A DNA stretch of 22,715 bases from Candidatus Bathyarchaeota archaeon. GTDB lineage: Archaea; Thermoproteota; Bathyarchaeia; TCS64. A program made the translations under genes and the position numbers. A model generated the notes under the pieces. That model did no database searches, had not been told where the DNA came from, and saw only the letters and a program-made list of their open reading frames with translations. This document shows, in pieces, positions 15,612 through 22,715 of the stretch (the stretch's first letter is position 1; the number at the start of each line of letters is the position of its first letter). The stretch spans positions 1 through 22,715 of the forward strand of contig JBDRQD010000010.1 of assembly GCA_043826455.1 (NCBI GenBank), read 5' to 3'.

Positions 15612-16367
15612 TTAATTGGGGCTATAAACTCCCTTTTTTAACTTCAATTCTTCAACAACGCGTTCAAGCTCGTTTAGCGTCGCGATGACTTCACTCTGCT
15701 TAAGCATATCATCAACGACTTCGTCGACTTCATCATCAAAGAACCTCTGCTGAGCCATCTCGTCCATGGCGTCCAAATCCATTTCCTCCTCAGCTATTGC
15801 GGCTTTGGGTTGAGAAGATCCATCGTCAATCTTTACTTCTATTTTCCTATAACTGACTTGGTCCTTTTTAGTGGACGTTTTAGCTGTTTCTTCTACAGTC
15901 GTCGGAGCCGCCTCTTTTTCAACGACTACCGATTTACTTTCCGGTTCGCTTTCCAGCAGCAGTTCATCGAGTTCTTCCTCAGGTTTCTCTTCTTCCAGTT
16001 TAATGGCTTGAACAACGGGAGGACCCTCAAGCGGTGTAGATGCGGGGAGAGGAGCAGGCTGGGGCGCGTGTGGAGCCTGAAGATCCTCTATCTTATCAAG
16101 TAACTCGGTTAAGGCAAAAAGACCGTCGATCCTCTTCCTGACCTTGAAGAACTCGGAGACGACAGCCAGCATGGCCACGGTAGTAAGTAAGTATGAGACG
16201 ACTAGGAGAAGGCCCACCGTGTTTCGCCCCAAGAGGGTGTCGAGGGAACCTATGTCAACTGTCTCGTTTATAGCGTACAGTTGGAGCATAAGCACCACAC
16301 TTAGGATCAGGCCTGCGGCGAGCAGCCATCGCCCGGGCTCGAAGTTGCTTCTTATCGCGTCTCCCAT
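15612..16367 (-). CDS. Hypothetical 2-TM protein with acidic cytoplasmic tail, in archaellum cluster
   Basis: Two hydrophobic helices, then a Pro/Glu-rich disordered region and a terminal coiled coil. Confidence 0.75.
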   Translation of the reverse strand: MGDAIRSNFEPGRWLLAAGLILSVVLMLQLYAINETVDIGSLDTLLGRNTVGLLLVVSYLLTTVAMLAVVSEFFKVRKRIDGLFALTELLDKIEDLQAPHAPQPAPLPASTPLEGPPVVQAIKLEEEKPEEELDELLLESEPESKSVVVEKEAAPTTVEETAKTSTKKDQVSYRKIEVKIDDGSSQPKAAIAEEEMDLDAMDEMAQQRFFDDEVDEVVDDMLKQSEVIATLNELERVVEELKLKKGVYSPN

Positions 16368-16380
16368 ATCCGTTCTCCTC

Positions 16381-17850
16381 CTATAATGTCGTCACTCCCG
16401 CTAGATACCCTAATACTGCCTCACTGATTATGAGGTACACTATTCCTCCTAAAGTCATTTGCATCCCCACGAAGTAGAGAACCGAGAACCTTGAGTCTCC
16501 CTCCATGTTGTATATGCTGAACACGTTGTTGAGGGCGAAGAGGGCTAGGGCGAACACGAAGAAGAGCCTCATGAACTCCACGTCCGGGACAGAGAAGAAG
16601 TCCAGGACCGTGGCCATCTCACCTATGAACTCGATGAGACTCGCAAAGAACCCGTCTATGACAGCGAATAGAGCCGCGGCCACTATGTAAATGGGCACAA
16701 GTAGGCCTGTGTGGTAGCCTACTGCGTTGTACCTCTGTTCTCTGATGGTGGTGTACACGTGGTAGAACTCCTCGATGAACTTGCTGGCCACGCCCAGGTT
16801 GCCGCCCGTGTATATGGTGTCCGTCATAATGGTGTTGACGCGGCGGATCAGGGTGCTGTCTATCTCAGTCTCGAAGCCCCACCACGCTATCTTGGGTTCA
16901 ACCCTCATCTTGATCTTGTTGTCGAGGCTCTTGATCACCAGGTTTAAGCTGCCGAAGTCCGTGTCGGCGGCGCCTTTAAGTATCTGGGCCAGGGGTATGT
17001 TGGCTGACAGGTTGGAGGCCATGTACCTGAAGAAGGTGGGGTAGTCCTTCTCCCTCTTCTTCACTGTGCCGACGTAGGTTCGCCCTATTAGGCCCCCCAT
17101 GAAGAGTATGATTCCTATGAGTATAAAGTGCTTGAACCTGTTCTCGAAGGGTATGAGCAGGACAAGACCTGACAGCACCAGGCTCATAATGGCCGCGTAC
17201 TCGGCTCTCCTGCGAGCTGCAGGTTTCTCCTTCTGGTCCTGGACCAGGACCGCGTCCGGCTTCGCGGAGTTGAAGATGAGCCAGGATAGGATGTAGAGTA
17301 TGAAGCTGACGGCAATGACAACCATGATGGCTAGGACGATCATGATCTTTGCGTCGTAGAAGATGGACGAGATGAGCATCGTGGTGGTCATGAAGAGGGT
17401 TATGCTTAACATGGGTACGTAGGCGTCGCTCAGTATCTTCAGCCGGGTCATGGACTGCATCCGTGAGGCCTCGAACTCGGCCATGTAGTTGGTGTGGTAG
17501 TTGTTGATGAACTGGTTGACGGGCTCGCCTGAGGCTATGCTCTGGCTGAACTTGAACAGGAAGTCCTTAAAGTCCTTGGTGGGCGCCTGGCTGCTCATGA
17601 TCTCCGTGGCCTTGGCCTGGGGATACCTCCACTGGCTCATGAGGTTGAGAATCTTGACCATGTAGGGCCTTATGCTGCTGAAGATGAGCTTCTCCGAGGC
17701 CACCTGAAGCATGAGGACCCTGGATATGGTGCCCGACGTTATTGAGCGTAGGTAGAGGATGAAGAAGGGAAACTCGAAGTCTATCTTATCCCCTTTACTG
17801 AGGCCCTCCAGAAACTTGGGCACTTTAAGGGTCTTCAGCCTCGCCATCAT
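16381..17850 (-). CDS. flaJ: Archaellum platform protein ArlJ/FlaJ
   Basis: Polytopic T2SS-F/TadC-like protein with two cytoplasmic repeats; coupled to flaI. Confidence 0.88.
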   Translation of the reverse strand: MMARLKTLKVPKFLEGLSKGDKIDFEFPFFILYLRSITSGTISRVLMLQVASEKLIFSSIRPYMVKILNLMSQWRYPQAKATEIMSSQAPTKDFKDFLFKFSQSIASGEPVNQFINNYHTNYMAEFEASRMQSMTRLKILSDAYVPMLSITLFMTTTMLISSIFYDAKIMIVLAIMVVIAVSFILYILSWLIFNSAKPDAVLVQDQKEKPAARRRAEYAAIMSLVLSGLVLLIPFENRFKHFILIGIILFMGGLIGRTYVGTVKKREKDYPTFFRYMASNLSANIPLAQILKGAADTDFGSLNLVIKSLDNKIKMRVEPKIAWWGFETEIDSTLIRRVNTIMTDTIYTGGNLGVASKFIEEFYHVYTTIREQRYNAVGYHTGLLVPIYIVAAALFAVIDGFFASLIEFIGEMATVLDFFSVPDVEFMRLFFVFALALFALNNVFSIYNMEGDSRFSVLYFVGMQMTLGGIVYLIISEAVLGYLAGVTTL

Positions 17851-19712
17851 TCCGTGTTGCTCACCTTCTTCTTGATCTCGGCCTCGATACCCTGACCAAA
17901 CTTTGTCAAGGCCATCCTCCTCAGCTTGGAGTGGGCCTGCTGTATGCCCACGCCCTGGACGTAGAGAAGGTTCTCCATGACGTCGTCGTACTCCAGGATA
18001 CCCAGGGCTATCATGTACTCGAGGGTCTCGGCCCGCATGTAGAGCTCGTCGTAGATCTTCCTGATGTCGATACCCGTGAAGCCCTTCATGATGGCTATCT
18101 TGTTGTCCAGAAGGTAGCTGGTGCCCAGGCCTCTGAAGATGATCTTGTCCGTTGAGGGCTCGAAGCTGAACACCTCCACGAAGTTGAAGGCCTGGTCGGC
18201 GGGCTCGTAGCCCAGGATCTCGTTGACGCTTACGACGCGGCGCTTATACTTGCCTGTCTCGTAGTCGTGGACGGCGCTCTGGAAGAGGGCCGCGTTGAGG
18301 TTGTCCACGTGGGTCTTGGGCACGTTGATGGGGTAGTTGGTGAGCCTCTGCACCAGTTTCCCGACGGAGGCCGCGTGGAAGGTGGCGATGCTGGGGTGGC
18401 CCGTCTGCATAGCCTGGAAGGCGATGTTGCCCTCGGCGCCTCTGACCTCACCTACGATGATGTATGTGGGCCTCTGCCTCAGGGCGGCCTTTAACAGGAC
18501 GAACATGGTGACGCCCTCCTCGCTGCCCGCGTTGGCTGTGTCCCTCACCACTTCCCTTATCCAGTTCTTGTGGGGTATGTGGACCTCGGGGACTTCCTCG
18601 ATGCTAACGATCTTGTTGTCGCGGGGCATGAACATCATGAGGGCTGAGAGGGTGGTGGTCTTGCCTGAGGCCGTCTCCCCGCATATCCAGAGGCTCATCT
18701 TGTTCTCCAGGAGCATCCACATGTAGGCGGCGCACAGGCTGCTCATGGTGCCCCACTTGATGATCTGGGTTATGCTCAGGGGGCTTGTTGCGAACTTACG
18801 GATGGTGAAGTTGCTGCCCCTGGTGGACACGTCCTCGCCGTAGACGAGGTTCAGCCTTGATCCGTCAGGCATCTTGGCGTCCACTATGGGCTCGCGGTGT
18901 GAGGCGGGCTTGCCCACGATCTCGCTGAGCTTGAGGGCGAAGTGGTCCAGCTGCTCAGAGTCCTCGAGCTTGATGGTGCTCTCCATGGTCTTGAAGATCT
19001 TGTGGTCTATGTAGATGGGGCCCATACCGCTGCAGTGAATGTCCTCTATGTAGATGTCCCTGATGAAGGGCTCAAGGATGCTGGAGCCCACCTTCTCGCA
19101 GTATACCTCGTACCTGAGCATCTCGTAGCTGAGGGGGTCCAGGACGATCTCGTTCTGGTCTCTCTTCTTGAGTCTGGATAGGAACCCCTTGTTCTCTTCC
19201 TCCCCGTTTTCCTCTTGGGTCATGGTTCTGGGTTTGTATCCCTTCTCGACCCGCACAAAGGTGGTGAGTAGCTCGTGTAGGTACTTGGTCTTCTCCTCCG
19301 GGGTCTTGAAACTAATGGTTTCATCCACATTCAGGGCGATCCTTCTCTCCACCTCAGCCAGTATCCAGTCGCGGTTGTACACCAGCCTGGGCTCTATGGG
19401 CTTGTACATGAGGTCCTTGTTCTTGCCGCTCACGAAGATGTGGATGAACACCGGGTCCCCGACGGGGTAGATGAGGTTGGGGCTATCCATGATCCCCATG
19501 TCTCTTCCTAGGCTGGCCACCAGCTGGGGCTGATCCTCCGATCCGTTGCTGAGGAGCTTCTTCATGTAGTACTTGAAGTAGGGGTTCTTGCGCACCCGCT
19601 GCGCCCAGCTCTCGTCGAACCCTTTGAGCCTGCTTATTTTACCCTCTAGGCTTAGCTCTGCGTCTGTGCCGTATCCGGCGAAGCTCTTACCAATAGCCTC
19701 AAAGGATTCCAA
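17847..19712 (-). CDS. flaI: Archaellum motor ATPase ArlI/FlaI
   Basis: GETASGKTT, ALRQRPTYIIVGEVRG, AMQTGH...TFHA; N-terminal PNLIYPVGDPVFIHI. Confidence 0.95.
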   Translation of the reverse strand: MESFEAIGKSFAGYGTDAELSLEGKISRLKGFDESWAQRVRKNPYFKYYMKKLLSNGSEDQPQLVASLGRDMGIMDSPNLIYPVGDPVFIHIFVSGKNKDLMYKPIEPRLVYNRDWILAEVERRIALNVDETISFKTPEEKTKYLHELLTTFVRVEKGYKPRTMTQEENGEEENKGFLSRLKKRDQNEIVLDPLSYEMLRYEVYCEKVGSSILEPFIRDIYIEDIHCSGMGPIYIDHKIFKTMESTIKLEDSEQLDHFALKLSEIVGKPASHREPIVDAKMPDGSRLNLVYGEDVSTRGSNFTIRKFATSPLSITQIIKWGTMSSLCAAYMWMLLENKMSLWICGETASGKTTTLSALMMFMPRDNKIVSIEEVPEVHIPHKNWIREVVRDTANAGSEEGVTMFVLLKAALRQRPTYIIVGEVRGAEGNIAFQAMQTGHPSIATFHAASVGKLVQRLTNYPINVPKTHVDNLNAALFQSAVHDYETGKYKRRVVSVNEILGYEPADQAFNFVEVFSFEPSTDKIIFRGLGTSYLLDNKIAIMKGFTGIDIRKIYDELYMRAETLEYMIALGILEYDDVMENLLYVQGVGIQQAHSKLRRMALTKFGQGIEAEIKKKVSNTE

Positions 19713-19969
19713 GTAGTAACCTCACGTGGTTCCGGGGAGTTGTTTCTGCTATTGTCCCGTCTCCAATCTTTAAATGGGTTATAGAATGGTGTTCCAGCGG
19801 TTCTTCGTAGCTGGCTGGTTTATTCTTTGCAGCCTCGGCCCTCGGATGTTGTCAGTTCATATGACAGTGGCTGGGTAGAATGTGATATTTTTTGGGAGTA
19901 ATTTTCTATTTTTTTCAGCTATTTTTTGATAGCTACAATGTTCCGTCTTCAAAAGCGTGGGATAAGGGT

Positions 19970-20695
19970 TTATCCTCTAGCCGTCGAGAAGGGCAGTATC
20001 TTGATGCCGTAGGCGGGGGACACCTCGAAGCTTATGAGGTCGCTGACGTTCTTGATGGCCCCCTTGAGTTTGGCCACGTTCATGGTGAGGGCCGTGCGGT
20101 CCCTGAAGGTCCTTATCTCCAGGACTATGTGGCCGTCACAGAAGGCTCTGGTTCTTGTCAGCAGCTCGTTCTGTAGGGCGTATGGGTGGATGGTTATTAT
20201 GAAGGTCTGGCCCAGCTGGTCCACTATGAACCTGCAGGTGCTGAAAAAGTCCAGGATGTCGTTCTCCTGGGCGTGGGAGAGGAGGTGTGTAATTGAGTCA
20301 AGGATCACTATGTCGTAGACGCTGGCCCTCTGCCTGATGTAGTTGGTGAGGGCTATGAGGTAATACTTGGATATCTCCTCGTTCCACTTCATGTTGACCG
20401 TGTTCAGGGCCGTGATCTTGAAGCTGCCCATGATGAACTGGTCGGTGATGCTCCAGTTGAGCCTCTCCATGTTTGTGAGGAGGCCCTTAGCCGTGTCCTC
20501 GGTGGTGATGAATATCACCCTTTTCCCGGCTTTGAGGGCGCCGTAGGTTATCTGCTGAGCGAGGACACTTTTCCCTGAGTCGTTGGTGCCCTCGATGAGG
20601 GTCAGAGAGGGGAGGGGAAGACCACCTATCTTCCTGTCCAGCTCAGGGTTGTTGAGCTTTAGAATGTTCTCGTCTTGTTGGTTTAGAAAGCTCAT
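19970..20695 (-). CDS. flaH: Archaellum KaiC-like ATPase ArlH/FlaH
   Basis: ELDRKIGGLPLPSLTLIEGTNDSGKSVLAQQ; ILDSIT; ISFEVSPAYGIKILP. Confidence 0.93.
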   Translation of the reverse strand: MSFLNQQDENILKLNNPELDRKIGGLPLPSLTLIEGTNDSGKSVLAQQITYGALKAGKRVIFITTEDTAKGLLTNMERLNWSITDQFIMGSFKITALNTVNMKWNEEISKYYLIALTNYIRQRASVYDIVILDSITHLLSHAQENDILDFFSTCRFIVDQLGQTFIITIHPYALQNELLTRTRAFCDGHIVLEIRTFRDRTALTMNVAKLKGAIKNVSDLISFEVSPAYGIKILPFSTARG

Positions 20696-21933
20696 GACTC
20701 AGCCCTGTTCATCTTGTTCTCTCTCGCTCTCGTGACAAGGGCAAGGAGGAGGAACAGGTGCGTAGGCTCAGTCCACTCCGCGACGGGTTTATCCAGGTTC
20801 TTCAGAAGCGAGGTTAGGAGTATCTTGTCCTCCAGGTCGTTATTCATCTGCCCTATCCCCAGAGGTAGAGGGATGCTCCGCTTATCCTTGACCTTGTAAT
20901 TGGTGGCGGTGTGATCCATGATGTCTCTCACGACGCGTGGAGACGCCCAGCCCTTGTACATGCCCTCCAGGAGTATCTCCTCGGCTCCTTTCTCGCCGAA
21001 CCTCAGCACAAGGTAGTCAGCGACCAGGCTGACGTAGGCCTCATAGTAGACCTCTCCGGGTTTCTTTGATTCGTCTGCTCCGAGCTCAAACGAGAACCTA
21101 TCATGGTCCCGGGGCATCTCCCTTCTGGTTCTACGCCGCTCTCCCTTCAAGTTATCTATAAGCTCCAGCACCGTGTCGTTGAGCTCCCCGACGGCCTCCT
21201 CGGTTCTTGACACCCTCTTCAGGATCATGGGCACAGCCTGCTCTGTGACTATCACTCTCTTCATGAGAGACTGAACATTTTCCTCGATACTTGACATAGC
21301 TCCGCCGTAACTAGACCCCGGCCCATGGGCTGAGGCTGATCCTTGAGATGGCTGCGAACCGCCGTAGCCTGAGGCTGGTCCTTGAGATGACTGCGAACCG
21401 CCGTAGCCTGAGGCTGGCGCAGAAACCTGAGGCGCCCCTCCTTGAGGAGCATGAGCACTGTACTGCGGATCCATTTGTGGAAGGGATGAAGCCGTCGGCT
21501 GACCTGTGGCCGCACTCAGACCTGCGGACGCGGGTGCTGAAGTAGCGGACCCAGCTAACTGGGTTGTGACAGGGCTGCTGCTGTCTTTTCCTCCGTCAGC
21601 CATCCGCTTCTTTGCATCCTCACGCTTCTGCTTGTTAACCTCGTCCTCGACGGTCTCGACGGCCTTGTTGACGAGTTTGTCCACACCCATGTCCCGCAGC
21701 ATGTTGAAGGGATTATCCATATCCTGCATAAGGGCGCGGACATCCAGCAGCGTAGACTTCATGGCCTCGGTCATGGCTCTCATCTCTTGGTCGGCCTTGT
21801 CCATTCGTCTCTTGAGGTCCAGCATGTCGTTGGACATGTCTTGCTCCTCAGCGGGCAAGCCGTCGTCTAAATCTGTCTTCAACGCGTTAAGCTCAGATTT
21901 GAGATCCATCAATGAGTCCTTGTCCGCAGCCAT
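20692..21933 (-). CDS. ArlC/D/E-like archaellum accessory protein (start 21933 or 21957)
   Basis: N-terminal coiled coil ending in NPF (FlaC-like); low-complexity linker; C-terminal DYLVLRFG...KGWASP resembling the FlaD/E domain; lies between flaB and flaH. Confidence 0.6.
   Translation of the reverse strand: MAADKDSLMDLKSELNALKTDLDDGLPAEEQDMSNDMLDLKRRMDKADQEMRAMTEAMKSTLLDVRALMQDMDNPFNMLRDMGVDKLVNKAVETVEDEVNKQKREDAKKRMADGGKDSSSPVTTQLAGSATSAPASAGLSAATGQPTASSLPQMDPQYSAHAPQGGAPQVSAPASGYGGSQSSQGPASGYGGSQPSQGSASAHGPGSSYGGAMSSIEENVQSLMKRVIVTEQAVPMILKRVSRTEEAVGELNDTVLELIDNLKGERRRTRREMPRDHDRFSFELGADESKKPGEVYYEAYVSLVADYLVLRFGEKGAEEILLEGMYKGWASPRVVRDIMDHTATNYKVKDKRSIPLPLGIGQMNNDLEDKILLTSLLKNLDKPVAEWTEPTHLFLLLALVTRARENKMNRAES
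21330..21417. repeat. In-frame 39-bp tandem repeat (about 2.3 copies)
   Basis: Units 21330-21368 and 21369-21407 differ at 2 nt; they encode PASGYGGSQ(S/P)SQG. Confidence 0.9.
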
Positions 21934-22132
21934 CAGTCTCACGTCCCGGATTTTCATTAAAAGGTTTATAGATCACCGTTTACTGTCTGTCCATATTTGC
22001 CTCGATACGAGTTGATCTGACTAACCTCGATCCAGGGAATGTTTTGGCACCGCTCTTACATCCATCTTGTCTCGTTTGGGACATTTTTCTCACCTGTTTT
22101 GAAGATAAAAGGGGGAAGGAGAAAAATAGGAT

Positions 22133-22715
22133 TTAGTCTATCACCATTATCGTGGCATAGACGGCAGGTATCTGGCGCTCGATGGCGAGGACTGCGCCCG
22201 TGGAGGGCCTCAGCTCGATCCTGAACTCCTCGTAGGGATGTACCAGGGCGCCTGCAGGCGTCGCCTGAGCCGGGTCCAGAGTGCTCCTGTCGAGCTGGTT
22301 AAAGTCGACAGTGACCTTGAACTTCTCGCCGGTCTCAATCAGCCTGTCGCCGTCGCTGTTCACGCCCTGGATAGTCATCACCGTACCGTTGCTAGCATAG
22401 ATCTCGCCGTGTGCTCGTTGACTGGTGAAGGTGGCTACCAGCTTGTCGCTGCTTAGGTCCACAGGCTCGTGGCCCTGGCTAAGCTTAATGTAGAACGTCA
22501 GCTTCACAAGGGCGATACTAGATTGTGCGCCTGTGACGTTGTCGAACTGTCCGATGAGCCCGCTGTCCATCAACATAGATGAGCTGGCCTCAGTCATGCC
22601 TGCGCTGATCACCGACTGCGCTTTCTCCGCTGTCAGGAAACCCATGTTCAGCACGACGAAGGCGAAGGCAGCCGCCGTAATGACGAAAGCCACAAGGATA
22701 ATGGCTGTCTCCAGC
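22133..22715 (-). CDS. flaB: Archaellin ArlB/FlaB (5' end outside window)
   Basis: LETAIILVAFVITAAAFAFVVLNMG class III signal/H-domain; DGDRLIETGEK; EIRP-like ELRPSTGA...IERQIP. Confidence 0.95.
   Translation of the reverse strand, partial: LETAIILVAFVITAAAFAFVVLNMGFLTAEKAQSVISAGMTEASSSMLMDSGLIGQFDNVTGAQSSIALVKLTFYIKLSQGHEPVDLSSDKLVATFTSQRAHGEIYASNGTVMTIQGVNSDGDRLIETGEKFKVTVDFNQLDRSTLDPAQATPAGALVHPYEEFRIELRPSTGAVLAIERQIPAVYATIMVID

Noticed and set aside
3766..22456. Numerous antisense/alternate-frame ORFs overlapping the called genes
   Set aside because: Shadow ORFs expected from GC-rich third codon positions; no motifs.

Overview
This is an archaeal window, probably TACK/Bathyarchaeia-like; the taxon is inferred from gene content, TATA-box promoters and an archaellum cluster. 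It has two parts. (1) About 1-10,400 is a GC-richer integrated mobile element. It carries a tyrosine integrase, two short ribbon-helix-helix genes missed by the ORF track, and an AT-rich control region. A 13-gene, mostly translationally coupled operon follows, including a Zn-ribbon AAA+/MCM-like helicase, a PriS + PriL-CTD fused primase, small membrane proteins and an ATPase-HTH-PD-(D/E)XK nuclease fusion. A hairpin-rich non-coding block and two divergent wHTH genes close the element. (2) About 10,590-22,715 is host DNA: a Zn-ribbon protein, DUF47/PhoU-like protein, endA, nrdR, a TrmB regulator and a minus-strand archaellum cluster (arlB, arlC/D/E-like, arlH, arlI, arlJ, hypothetical, arlG, arlF). 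The most striking unexplained signal is seven perfect 16-bp palindromes TGYTCCACGTGGARCA. They are confined to the element, four lie inside ORFs, two match the bacterial chromosomal parS sequence TGTTCCACGTGGAACA, and no ParB is recognisable in the window.
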